Assembly (NCBI GenBank): GCA_963730845.1
Contig: CAVSTM010000003.1
Coordinates: forward strand, 30,713-94,712
Length of the DNA stretch: 64,000 nt
Source: an uncultured Acidobacteriaceae bacterium
GTDB lineage: Bacteria; Acidobacteriota; Terriglobia; Terriglobales; Acidobacteriaceae
Direction: 5' to 3'
Below are positions 19,136-28,580 of the stretch, in pieces. A program made the position numbers and the translations under genes. The notes under the pieces are model-generated. The model had not been told where the DNA came from. It worked only from the letters and a program-made list of their open reading frames with translations, and made no database searches. Position 1 is the first letter of the stretch; every line of letters begins with the position of its first letter.

Positions 19136-19282
19136 GCCTTTGTCAGCCTGAGCGAAGCGAACGGCCTATGCATTTGCTTGCGGCGCCGGAATAGCCCTTT
19201 ACCACAGAGGCCACAGAGATACACAGGGGGAACCTGAATAAATTGCTTCCCTGTGTTCCTCGGTGTCGGTGGCAAGGACTTT
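19136..19282. repeat. composite of family E (GTCAGCCTGAGCGAAGCGAA) and family D (CCACAGAGGCCACAGAGATACACAGGGG ... CCCTGTGTTCCTCGGTGTCGGTGG) repeats
   Basis: The family D inverted repeat is visible directly. Related family D copies: 14218..14256, 51983..52016, 56400..56516. Family E copies: 12812..12835, 17165..17190, 36950..36973. Confidence 0.7.
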
Positions 19283-19344
19283 TATCGCGGTCTCGCCTGT
19301 CGCATGGGCTGGGCAGACGCAACGGGTCGTTATAATCGAAACGC

Positions 19345-20646
19345 ATGGCTAACTTTCCACCGGTTGACGAACAACTGGCGTACATCAAAAAGGGCGCGGC
19401 GGAGATCGTCAAGGAATCCGAGTTGCGTGCCAAACTCGAACGCTCGCTTGCGTCGGGCAAACCGCTGCGGGTGAAGGCGGGCTTCGATCCGACCGCGCCC
19501 GACTTGCACCTGGGGCACACGGTCCTGCTGCGCAAGTTGAAGCATTTTCAGGATCTCGGGCACACGGTCATCTTCCTCATCGGAGATTTCACCGGGATGA
19601 TCGGCGATCCGACGGGGCGCTCGGCGACGCGACCTCCGTTGTCGCGGGAGCAGATTGCGGAAAACGCCGAGACCTACAAGGCGCAGGTTTTCAGGATTCT
19701 CAGCCCGGAAAAGACGGTGGTGGACTTCAACAGCCGTTGGTTCTCGAAGTTTTCGGCCGAGGATTTCATACGTTTGACGGCGAAGTCCACGGTCTCGCAG
19801 ATACTGGAGCGCGAGGACTTCCACAAGCGCTTCCATGACGAGAAGCCGATTGCCATGCATGAACTGCTGTATCCGCTGGCGCAGGGATACGACTCGGTCG
19901 CGCTCGAAGCCGACGTGGAACTGGGCGGCACCGACCAGAAGTTCAATCTGCTGGTGGGGCGGGAGTTGCAGCGAGCTTATGGGCAGGAGTCGCAGGTGGT
20001 GCTGACGACGCCGATCCTCGAAGGACTCGACAGCGTGAACAAGATGTCGAAATCGCTGGGGAACGCGATTGGAATTCATGAGCCTCCGCTGGAGATGTAC
20101 GGCAAGGTGATGTCGATTTCGGACGAGATGATGTGGCGGTATTACGAGCTGCTGACGGATGTGCGGACAGAGCTGATCGCGCAGATGAAAGCGGACGCTG
20201 CGAGCGGGAAGGCGCATCCGATGGCGCTGAAGAAAGAGCTGGCGCGCGGGATTGTGGCGGACTTTCACTCGACGGGGGCGGCGGCGAAAGCTGCGGAGGA
20301 TTGGGCGAAACAGTTTCAGAAAGGCGGAACGCCCGAGAATTTGGAGTGTGTTGATATTGATTTAGCTGATGTCGTCTATGAAGGCCGAGGTGGCGGCGCA
20401 TCTCGGAGGATCGGCAATGAGCCTACGCATATGGTGCGGCTCGACAAACTTGTCCGTGAAGCTGGACTCGCTAGCTCGAACAGGGAAGCGGCCACAAAAA
20501 TCAAGGGCGGGGCGGTTGGGATCGACGGCGAAAACGTCGGCGAGGAAGAACTGTTTGTGCGAATGCCAGTCAACCTGTACACAGTCCTTCGTTTGGGTCG
20601 GCACATGAAAAAAGTACGGCTCGTTGTTTCGGAGTCGTCGCAATAG
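19345..20646 (+). CDS. tyrS: tyrosine--tRNA ligase
   Basis: HLGH motif (DLHLGHTV), KMSKS motif (NKMSKSLGN), and a C-terminal S4-like domain. Confidence 0.95.
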   Translation: MANFPPVDEQLAYIKKGAAEIVKESELRAKLERSLASGKPLRVKAGFDPTAPDLHLGHTVLLRKLKHFQDLGHTVIFLIGDFTGMIGDPTGRSATRPPLSREQIAENAETYKAQVFRILSPEKTVVDFNSRWFSKFSAEDFIRLTAKSTVSQILEREDFHKRFHDEKPIAMHELLYPLAQGYDSVALEADVELGGTDQKFNLLVGRELQRAYGQESQVVLTTPILEGLDSVNKMSKSLGNAIGIHEPPLEMYGKVMSISDEMMWRYYELLTDVRTELIAQMKADAASGKAHPMALKKELARGIVADFHSTGAAAKAAEDWAKQFQKGGTPENLECVDIDLADVVYEGRGGGASRRIGNEPTHMVRLDKLVREAGLASSNREAATKIKGGAVGIDGENVGEEELFVRMPVNLYTVLRLGRHMKKVRLVVSESSQ

Positions 20647-20682
20647 GCGCGTTGAAGAATCGCTGCATCACGATGACATCTC

Positions 20683-22077
20683 TTAGAAGTTTTCCAGCGA
20701 TGGCCTCTTCTTGTGCCACTCCGTCGCTTGCTCATAGGCTTGTGCCGCCTGCAGCAAAACGATCCCCCGCCAGGGAGCGGCAGCCAGCTGCAGGCCGATC
20801 GGCAGGCCATCTTTTGTGAATCCGCAGGGAACCGAAACCGTCGGAATTCCCCACACGTTGAAGGGGCGCGTGTTCCTGAGCATGAGCAACTCTTGCGAAC
20901 GCAGGTCTTCGGGATGCTCGCGAAGGTCGGCGATCAGCGGCGGCGGGATCGGAACCGTGGGTGTTAAGAGCACATCCACATCATGAAATACTTCCTGGAT
21001 GGCATGACGGCTGGCCTGGAGGTCGCGGCTGGCACGAAGAGCATCGGCCGCGGAGATTTTGGCTCCGGATTGGATGCGCGCCAGCGTTGCCGGCTGGTAA
21101 AGCTCTGGTGAGCGACCGACAAATTCCTTGTGATACGCATAGGCTTCAGCGCTCGCCAGGGTCCGGTCAGTTGGGACTTCGAGTTTGATGTCGCGAATCT
21201 CGTGGTGGAGGCTGGGGAAGATCTGCATCGCTTTTTCGATTGCGGCGGCGATTTCGGGATGAAGATCGTCGAAGAAAAATGAGCGTGGCACACCGATGCG
21301 CAGGGCCGGTGGAGGGTCGTCGAACGCGGAGACGAGACTCGGCGTCAGTTTATGAGAGCGCGGATCTGGTGAGTCGTAGTCCGACAGCACTTGCAGCATT
21401 AAGGCCGCGTCATTAACTGAGTTCACGATCGGGCCGACGTGATCGTAGGACGATGACAAAGGCACGACTCCGCGAGTGCTGACGCGACCATAGGTCGGCT
21501 TGACTCCTACGACGCCGCAGTAGGCAGCGGGCAGGCGGATGGAACCGGCGGTGTCGGTGCCGACGGCGGCGAATCCCAGGCCAGCGGCGACGCTAGCGGC
21601 GGAGCCTCCTGAAGATCCACCTGCGATACGCTTCGGGTCCCATGGATTGTGGACCTCTCCGAAAAAACTGATCATCGAACTGCCGCCATAGGCGAATTCG
21701 TGCAAATTCTGCTTGCCCAGGATGACGGCGCCTCCGGCGCGAAGACGACGGACGACTCGGGCGTCTTCGGTGGGAACGCGATCTTTTTGCGGAGCACTGA
21801 ACAGCGCGCTGGCGGCGGTGGTGCGGACTCCTGTGACGTCGATGATGTCTTTGAGTCCGATGGGGATGCCGTGCAGAGGCCCGAGATGGGTTCCGTGATA
21901 GATTTCCCACTCGGCATGACGGGCGCGGTCGAGCGCGGATTCGGCGGTGACCGAGATGAACGCGTTCAGCGTTGGGTTGAGCTTTTCGATGCGATCCAGG
22001 CAATCGTGAGTGAGTTCGACGGGAGAGATGGAGCGGTTGAAAATTTTCGCGCTCAGTTCGCTGATGGTGAAGGGCAT
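20683..22077 (-). CDS. amidase signature (GatA-like) family amidase
   Basis: GGSSGGSAASVAAG amidase signature and a conserved Ser-cisSer-Lys context. Confidence 0.85.
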   Translation of the reverse strand: MPFTISELSAKIFNRSISPVELTHDCLDRIEKLNPTLNAFISVTAESALDRARHAEWEIYHGTHLGPLHGIPIGLKDIIDVTGVRTTAASALFSAPQKDRVPTEDARVVRRLRAGGAVILGKQNLHEFAYGGSSMISFFGEVHNPWDPKRIAGGSSGGSAASVAAGLGFAAVGTDTAGSIRLPAAYCGVVGVKPTYGRVSTRGVVPLSSSYDHVGPIVNSVNDAALMLQVLSDYDSPDPRSHKLTPSLVSAFDDPPPALRIGVPRSFFFDDLHPEIAAAIEKAMQIFPSLHHEIRDIKLEVPTDRTLASAEAYAYHKEFVGRSPELYQPATLARIQSGAKISAADALRASRDLQASRHAIQEVFHDVDVLLTPTVPIPPPLIADLREHPEDLRSQELLMLRNTRPFNVWGIPTVSVPCGFTKDGLPIGLQLAAAPWRGIVLLQAAQAYEQATEWHKKRPSLENF

Positions 22078-22093
22078 ATGACGTTCATTAAAT

Positions 22094-23434
22094 CTACTCT
22101 GCTTTGGCCGCCTTCTGCGCGGCGCGTTTGGAGAACCATTTCACCACAAAATAAACGACTGGACCGGCGGCCAGGGCGCACGGGCCCCAGCGCTTTGCGA
22201 TCGGAGGGCTGTTACCCAAGGCGACGCAGGTCATCGCCAATGGCAGGGCGATCACATAGATCAGCCCGAGGTTTCCGCCGGGGATGCGGAAAGCTCGCGG
22301 CAAATCGGGCTGTCTGCGGCGGAGTCCCCAGGCGGAGAGCACGGTCATCATGGTGGTGGCGCCCCGCAGCCAGCCATAGATGCTGATCAATTCGCCGACC
22401 GAGTGGAGTGCCAGTGAAGCGTAGATGACGGCGGAGATCAGGATGGCGATCCAGGGCGTGCCGTAGCGCGGATGCCGGCGAGTAAGGAAGGGCGGCAGAT
22501 ATCCGTCCTCGGCGAGGGTGAAGGGCATGGGGGTGGCGGTGAGCATGGTGCTGTTGAGCAACGCGACGGTGGCGACCATGGCGGCGATCGTCATCAGATG
22601 GCCGAGCCAGGGGCCGCCGATGAGCAGAGCGGCGGTGGGGAAGTATCCGTCGTTCCATTGTGACCAGTTTCCGAGCGCGGCCAACCCGGCGAGCATCGGC
22701 AGAAAGTAGGTTGCGATGGAAAGCGGAATGACCACGGCGAGCGCTCGTGGATAAGTGCGCTGCGGGTTCTCGACATCCCCGGCCACGCTCGAGACTTGCT
22801 CGTATCCGGCGTAGCCCCAGATGGCCAGGGCGAGGCCCACTCCGAAGGCTTTGGAAAAAGGCTGATTCGGCGGGACTAGCGGAAGAAACGGGTTGCGATG
22901 CCATTTGGCGAGGCCGAGCACCACCATGGCGATCACGGGAATAAACATAAATAATTCGAAAATCGTGGCCGCTTTGCCGACCATCTGGATGCCAAGAATG
23001 TTGACCCATGTGATGAACGCGATCAGCACGAAAGAAACGAGCCAATGCTTCCAGCCGGTGATCCCGGGAAAATAAAAAGTCAGATAGTCGGTGAAGAGCA
23101 CGGCGTAGGAACTGCCCAGAAGAAAAGAGGCGGACCAGTTCCACCATCCGGCGAGGAATCCCGAGAAATCTCCGAACGCGGCGCGACTCCAGCGATAGAA
23201 GCCACCTTCGACAGGCATGGCGGTGGTGAGTTCGGCGGTCACCAGGGAGACCGGGATGCACAGGAAAAACGGAATGACCAGGAGAAAGATCAGGCTCATG
23301 CCCGGACCACTGGAGCTGATCATGCCCTCGAGTCCGAAGGGGCCTCCGGTGGTGTAGGAAAACATCACGAAGACGAAATAGAAAAGGCTGGCCTTGCGGA
23401 CGGTGGAAGTCGTGGATGAGCCGGGAGTATTCAC
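22094..23434 (-). CDS. APC-family amino acid permease
   Basis: About 12 hydrophobic segments and an APC-like N-terminus (FYFVFVMFSYTTGGPFGLE). Start set to GTG 23434, because the longer ORF runs through repeat 23482..23559. Start uncertain. Confidence 0.75.
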   Translation of the reverse strand: MNTPGSSTTSTVRKASLFYFVFVMFSYTTGGPFGLEGMISSSGPGMSLIFLLVIPFFLCIPVSLVTAELTTAMPVEGGFYRWSRAAFGDFSGFLAGWWNWSASFLLGSSYAVLFTDYLTFYFPGITGWKHWLVSFVLIAFITWVNILGIQMVGKAATIFELFMFIPVIAMVVLGLAKWHRNPFLPLVPPNQPFSKAFGVGLALAIWGYAGYEQVSSVAGDVENPQRTYPRALAVVIPLSIATYFLPMLAGLAALGNWSQWNDGYFPTAALLIGGPWLGHLMTIAAMVATVALLNSTMLTATPMPFTLAEDGYLPPFLTRRHPRYGTPWIAILISAVIYASLALHSVGELISIYGWLRGATTMMTVLSAWGLRRRQPDLPRAFRIPGGNLGLIYVIALPLAMTCVALGNSPPIAKRWGPCALAAGPVVYFVVKWFSKRAAQKAAKAE

Positions 23435-23481
23435 TATGAAGATGGCGGCTAGTGTACAGCAAATACGCTGACCGTCGCCCG

Positions 23482-23559
23482 GTAGAGACGGGGCTTGCCT
23501 CGTCTCTCTGGACACGACGAGGAGTACACGGCGGGAGACGCGGCAAGCCGCGTCTCTAC
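23482..23559. repeat. family A double-hairpin element
   Basis: GTAGAGACGGGGCTTGCCTCGTCTC ... GAGACGCGGCAAGCCGCGTCTCTAC. Confidence 0.85.
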
Positions 23560-24008
23560 CCGGGAGCAGGCGAGGCGCGCTGCTGGCAGAGGGCGGCCAT
23601 GCTGTCGAGCGCGTCCTTGATGATGAAAGCGACCGCGTCCTGAAAGGCGCTCTCGGATAGCTCGGACGATTTGCCAACGAGATCCATGGTCATGCGTACG
23701 CGCGTGCCGCCTTTGAGATCGGGACCAAATGAGACGTTCTGTTCGGCGGTAACGCCGAGGCCGTGATTGATCAGGCTAATCGCGCGGGGTGGACTGATGG
23801 AGGTCACGACGGCGGAAATAGTGGTGCGGATGGGCTGAACGACTACGATAACGCAGACGGCTACCTACGTGCCAAGGCTCTGCCCTGCACCCACGAAGCT
23901 TCATCGTAAATTCCGCGATGCAGGAGGCGTTCGAGATGTCTGAAAGGCCTGGAACGCCGCGTCAACCGGAACCGGGACCGTAACGGAGTACTCGATGCGC
24001 GGCAGCAT
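23556..24008 (-). pseudogene. SRPBCC-superfamily protein gene with three apparent frameshifts
   Basis: ATG 24008 behind GGGAGG. MLPRIEYSVTVPVPVDAAFQAFQ | HLERLLHRGIYDEASWVQG | EPWHVGSRLRY | VVVQPIRTTISAVVTSISPP...GGTRVRMTMD. Breaks lie near 23939, 23881 and 23847, and each can be explained by one extra base. Confidence 0.55.
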
Positions 24009-24035
24009 GGGAGCCTCCCCCACACGTGGCGGCGA

Positions 24036-24552
24036 TTATGCCCCGATTCCCAGAGGAAGACAAGGATGAAGACTGGCCTGCTCCAGGTCGAGCAACTTGC
24101 GCTTGATGTCGAGACCGCCGCCGTAACCGCATAGCGAACCGCTCGATGCGATCACGCGGTGGCAGGGGACGACGATGGCGACGGGATTCCGGTTGTTCGA
24201 CATGCCGACGGCACGGTAGGCATGCGGGTGGCCGATGGCTTCGGCGATGTCGCGGTAGCTGCGGGTCTCGCCGTATGGAATTTCGAGCAGCGCATGCCAG
24301 CACGCGAGTTGGAAGTCGGTTCCGCGAAGATCGAGCGGAAGCGAGAACTCGCGACGCTCACCCGCGAAAGTATTCGTTGAGTTCGCGGAGATAGGGCGCG
24401 AGGGCTGATTTGGACTCATGCAGCTGAGTCGAATCGGGATTCAGCTTCTGCATGCGGGCTTCGAATTCGAGTCGCACCAGGCCCTTTGTGGAGGCGGCGA
24501 GGAAGAGTGGGCCGACTGGCGAAGACGTGCGGACGTAGAACAGAGTTTCCAT
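24036..24552 (-). pseudogene. ogt: methylated-DNA--protein-cysteine methyltransferase with one apparent frameshift
   Basis: METLFYVRTSSPVGPL...LNEYF | GERREFSLPLDLRGTDFQ...AVGMSNNRNPVAIVVPCHRVI (PCHRV active site). The break is at ~24361..24370. Confidence 0.8.
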
Positions 24553-24602
24553 GACGGGTGGAGGATAACACGATGTTTGTCGTTTAGAGAGTGTGTGGTG
24601 AC

Positions 24603-24664
24603 GGGGCTTCGGCTCGGCTTGGGGCGGGCGAATGCGTCCGCCCCGCTTGGCGGGGCGAAGCCCT
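24603..24664. repeat. family B-related nested hairpin (GGGGCGGGCGAATGCGTCCGCCCC core)
   Basis: Outer stem GGGGCTTCG/CGAAGCCC encloses the GGCGGACG-type hairpin. Confidence 0.7.
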
Positions 24665-24745
24665 GTCACCACACAAGCTCACCACCACGCAAGCAAAAAA
24701 GCCTCCCGTTTTCACGGGAGGCCTTCTCGGGGAAGGGTACTGCTA

Positions 24746-25630
24746 CTACTTCTGCTGCGGTTGATTCTGCGTCGTGCTGGTCGAAGCAAGCTGCTCCAGA
24801 TTGTTCTTCAGGAGGCTGACTTCAACGCGACCGCCGGTGATGCGCTTGGGCTTGGCTTCACCTGCGCGGCCGAAGCCGGAGCCGGTGCGTTGCCCATGCC
24901 GACGAGGTAAATCCGGTAGATCGGAATGTCGTGGTTCAGCGCCAGATAGCGAACGACCGACTCGGCCATCTTCTGCGAAGTCGAGATCGCTACCTGTCCG
25001 TGACCGGAGGAGAAGCCCTGGACTTCGACGACGTAGCCACGCTGATTCTTCAGCGGGGTGGCCATTTCATCGAGAGCGGTCTTGGCGTTCTGGCTCAGCA
25101 CGGTCTGTCCGGACTTGAAAAGGATTTCGGTTTGGGTCGTGGGCTGATACTGATCGATGTTGGTGACCACCTGCTCGACCGTGTTCAGACGGGTGTGCGC
25201 CTGCTGCGCGGTCTGCTGCGCGGCCTGCGCTTTGTTGCCGGCGTCGATGGCATGCTGATCGGCTTCGTTGGCCTTGGCCGACGCGAGCTGGATTCCCGCC
25301 TGCGCGCGCGCATCGGTATCCTTGATCGCCTTGGTGTTGGCGGCAGTCAGCTCATCGAGTTCGTTGATGCGGTCGCGGATCGGCTGGGTCTGGCGCGCAA
25401 CGTATTTCTTACGCGCGAACGGATTCAGGCGGCCCCAGAAACCTTCACGGGTCTCCGGTTGCAGGGGCGCTTTGCCGGTGGCGGTGTCGGCTGCTGGTGG
25501 CCGTCTGGGCTGCGGGCTGAGACTTGAGTCGAGCCGCAGGCTGGGTCGGGGTCGTCGAAGTCTGCTGCGCGAAAACTGGCACAGCCAGGATCACGGCAAG
25601 CAGCAGAGCGAAGATAGTGCGGTTTTTCAT
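24746..25630 (-). pseudogene. OmpA-family protein with N-terminal signal peptide and coiled coil, two apparent frameshifts
   Basis: GGAGGAAGTTTAAA-ATG 25630. MKNRTIFALLLAVILAVPVFAQ... | ...PPAADTATGKAPLQ...coiled coil...RYLALNHDIPIYRIYLVGMG | QRTGSGFGRAGEAKPKRITGGRVEVSLLKN. Breaks at ~25498..25506 and ~24884..24895. Confidence 0.7.
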
Positions 25631-26054
25631 TTTAAACTTCCTCCAAGTGGGAGTGGGGAGCCACTCCAGGTGCCTTCCGGCGCGATTTGATTGCGTCGTT
25701 TCTATTGCGTCGTTTTCTAATTCTCGTTTTCTAATTCTAATGACAGAACCCATCTACTTCGGAAGGCAAGCGCCAACGCCACGAATGCCTCAAAAAGCTT
25801 GCCTCAAGAAGCTGGCCCGTATCGCGGGCCTGCATTTCTATAAACAGTTTGCGTGCCAAATGCCACGGTACTGGGCCTGGAATTGCAAGTGCTTTATTTT
25901 CATATACATTGTACCCTGTCGTATCCCTGCGGCACACCCTGCCTGACGGTAATTTTGGCGGGAACTGATATAAAAACTGCGTGCAGTGGCTTTCCTCCGG
26001 GAAGAATCATCGAAAAAAGTGAACAAATTTTGCGGTGGAATCATCCCACCCTTT

Positions 26055-27194
26055 ATGCGACGAGCCTTGATTCCACTGCTTCCCATTCTGCTGGCATTGA
26101 TCGCTTACACCGACTCTGCTCACGCTGAGAAAACTCGCTTCGATCTGGCGCAACTGAAGGCGCCACCGGGATTCCACATCGCGGTTTTTTCCGAAGCACT
26201 CGACAACCCGCGCATGATGATCTTCACGCCGGGCGGCGTGCTGCTGGTCAGCGAATCGGACGAGGGCAAGGTGGTCGCGCTTCCCGATCCGAAAAACGCG
26301 GGCAAGGCGGCGCGGACGGTAACGGTTCTCGATGGGCTGAACGAGCCGCACGGGCTCGCGTTTTACGAAGGCAAGTTGTACGTCGCCGAGAACGACAAGG
26401 TCCGCCGCTATGACTGGGACGAGGCTAGCTTGCGGGCGACCAATCCCGTTAAGCTCACCGATCTGCCGAGCGGCGGCGGGCACTCGACGCGCAGCCTCTT
26501 GTTTCACGGCGGCAAAATGTATGTCTCGGCCGGATCGAGTTGCAACGTCTGCTTTGAAAAAGATCCGCGGCGAGCGGCGGTGATGGAATTCAATCCTGAT
26601 GGCAGCGGTCAGAGAATTTTTGCGAAAGGACTGCGTAATGCGGTGGGGCTGGCGGTGAATCCGAAGACCGATACGGTCTGGGTAACGGTGAACGGGCGCG
26701 ACTGGCTGGGCGACGATCTGCCGCCGGAGACGGTCTATGATCTGGGCAGGGATGGAGGCGTTGACGGCGGCTGGCCCTATTGCTATGGCGACCGCGTGCC
26801 CGATTCCAATTTCACGAAGGCGGGCGACGATCGCTGTCAGAATGTCATCGAGCCCAAGGTCCAGATGCAGGCACACTCGGCTCCGCTAGGACTCGCGTTT
26901 TATGAGGGCCCGAGCTTTCCCGCCGAGTACCGGAACAATCTCTTCGTCGCATTCCATGGATCGTGGAATCGCAGCGTTCCGACGGGATACAAAGTGGTGC
27001 GCGTGAAACTCGACGATAAGGGGCAGCCGGTGGGCGGCGCGGAGGATTTCATTACTGGATGGCTGGCGCCCGGCGAAACGAAGAAGGGGCGGTGGATGGG
27101 GCGTCCGGTGGGGATTGTCTTCGGCAGCGATGGGGCGATGTATTTGAGCGACGACGCGGGAGGCGTGATTTACCGGATTACGTGCGCGAAGTAG
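26055..27194 (+). CDS. PQQ-dependent sugar (glucose/sorbosone) dehydrogenase-like beta-propeller
   Basis: Start at MRRALIPLLPILLALIAYTDSAHA (signal peptide). Sequence ...NEPHGLAF...GLRNAVGLAVNP...AHSAPLGLAFY... is typical of the family. Confidence 0.8.
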   Translation: MRRALIPLLPILLALIAYTDSAHAEKTRFDLAQLKAPPGFHIAVFSEALDNPRMMIFTPGGVLLVSESDEGKVVALPDPKNAGKAARTVTVLDGLNEPHGLAFYEGKLYVAENDKVRRYDWDEASLRATNPVKLTDLPSGGGHSTRSLLFHGGKMYVSAGSSCNVCFEKDPRRAAVMEFNPDGSGQRIFAKGLRNAVGLAVNPKTDTVWVTVNGRDWLGDDLPPETVYDLGRDGGVDGGWPYCYGDRVPDSNFTKAGDDRCQNVIEPKVQMQAHSAPLGLAFYEGPSFPAEYRNNLFVAFHGSWNRSVPTGYKVVRVKLDDKGQPVGGAEDFITGWLAPGETKKGRWMGRPVGIVFGSDGAMYLSDDAGGVIYRITCAK

Positions 27195-27200
27195 TACGAA

Positions 27201-27337
27201 CCACGTAGGAACAGCCGCCCCGGCTGTCCAGGCGAGCACAGCTCGCCCACGGTTTCGTTTGCAACATGTTCCGCATTGTAAAGAGCGTCGCGGGGCTTTG
27301 CCCCGCTGGGACAGCCGAGGGCGGCTGTCCCTACGTG
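27201..27337. repeat. family B-type MITE-like element (CCACGTAGGAACAGCCGCCCCGGCTGTCC ... GGGACAGCCGAGGGCGGCTGTCCCTACGTGG)
   Basis: Terminal inverted repeats of ~29 nt are visible, with additional hairpins inside. Confidence 0.8.
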
Positions 27338-28446
27338 GAACAATACTTCTCGTACTGCTGATAGATGAACGGGTCGGTCATGCCGGCGATGTAATCGCAG
27401 ATGACGCGGGGCAACGGCTCCTGGGCGGCTTTTTCGCGGTAGTTGCGCGGGAGGTCGTCGGGCTCTTCCATCCAGTGGGCAAAGAGCTCTCCGGTGATAC
27501 GCTCGGCATCTTCTTTCTCTCCCGCCAATGCTACGCTGTAGTAAAGATTTTCGTAGAGAAAGTCTTTCAGCCGGCGGCGCTGCTCTTCGACAGGCGGACT
27601 GAACGCGGCTAGCCGCTCGGTGTGTTGGCGAACATCTCGAAGAGAATGCAAGCCTGCCGTTTCGGTGCGCTGTGCCGTGCTCGTAATCAGGTCTCCGACA
27701 AATCCGTCAAGAATACTTTTCAACGCCTCGTTAAAGACCAGCTTCTCGGCAACATTCGGGTAGCGGCTTTTTGCCTCGTCGTAATGGCGCTTGAACAGAT
27801 CTACGCTGTCTGCGATCTGCTCGACCGTGAGCAGGCGGGCTTCGTAGCCATCGTCCAGGTCAGCGGTGTTGTAGGCAATCTCGTCGGTAAGATCGATGAG
27901 CTGCGCTTCGAGCGGCGGACGCTGATCGAGCACGTACTCGGCGAGTTCGGGATGATCTTCAATGTCGTAATCGTGCGAGTGTTTGATGATGCCCTCGCGG
28001 ACTTCGAAGGTCAGATTCAGCCCGCGGAATGACGCGTAGCGAAGTTCGAAGTCTTCGACAATGCGGAGCGCGTGCAGGTTGTGATCGAACGAAAGCCCGT
28101 GTTGACGCATGGCAGTGTCGAGCGCTTTTTCGCCGGAGTGGCCGAACGGAGGATGGCCGAGATCGTGCACCAGGGCGAGCGCCTCCACCAGATCGGTGTT
28201 CAGGCCAAGTTGCGCGGCGATGGTGCGCGAAATCTGCGCTACTTCGATGGTGTGCGTCAACCGGTTGCGGAAGTGGTCGGAGTAACGGCGGGTAAAGACC
28301 TGGGTCTTCGCTTCCAGTCGGCGAAAGGCGCGGGCGTGGACGACACGGTCGCGATCGCGTTGAAAGTCGTTGCGGTAGGGATGAGGCGGCTCGGGATGGC
28401 GGCGTCCGCGGGAATTTTCTACGCGCACCGCATGGTCGGCGAGCAT
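27331..28446 (-). CDS. dGTP triphosphohydrolase-like HD-domain protein
   Basis: RRHPEP...FQRDRDRVVHARAFRRLEAKTQVF...LTHTIEVAQI...VHDLGHPPFGH. Confidence 0.9.
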   Translation of the reverse strand: MLADHAVRVENSRGRRHPEPPHPYRNDFQRDRDRVVHARAFRRLEAKTQVFTRRYSDHFRNRLTHTIEVAQISRTIAAQLGLNTDLVEALALVHDLGHPPFGHSGEKALDTAMRQHGLSFDHNLHALRIVEDFELRYASFRGLNLTFEVREGIIKHSHDYDIEDHPELAEYVLDQRPPLEAQLIDLTDEIAYNTADLDDGYEARLLTVEQIADSVDLFKRHYDEAKSRYPNVAEKLVFNEALKSILDGFVGDLITSTAQRTETAGLHSLRDVRQHTERLAAFSPPVEEQRRRLKDFLYENLYYSVALAGEKEDAERITGELFAHWMEEPDDLPRNYREKAAQEPLPRVICDYIAGMTDPFIYQQYEKYCST

Positions 28447-28580
28447 GGACAGAGTTTAGCAGCGTTTAGCGCCTAGTCACCGCCGAGACGCCGAGAAAAG
28501 CCTTCCTATGGCTTTACAGTGCCATGGGATGGAATCGAGAACAGCATCCCCTCGGCGTGTTCGGTGTCTCGGCGGTGAAA

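Noticed and set aside
19119-19344. T-box leader upstream of tyrS
   Set aside because: No specifier or T-box consensus is present. The region is explained by family D and E repeats.
19330-20268. 312-aa ORF antisense to tyrS
   Set aside because: tyrS carries the HIGH and KMSKS motifs. The antisense frame is low-complexity and Arg/Leu/His-rich.
22212-23546. 444-aa alternative-frame ORF inside the permease gene
   Set aside because: It shares a strand with the APC permease but is in another frame. It is Arg/His/Pro-rich with no TM pattern, whereas the permease frame has ~12 hydrophobic helices.
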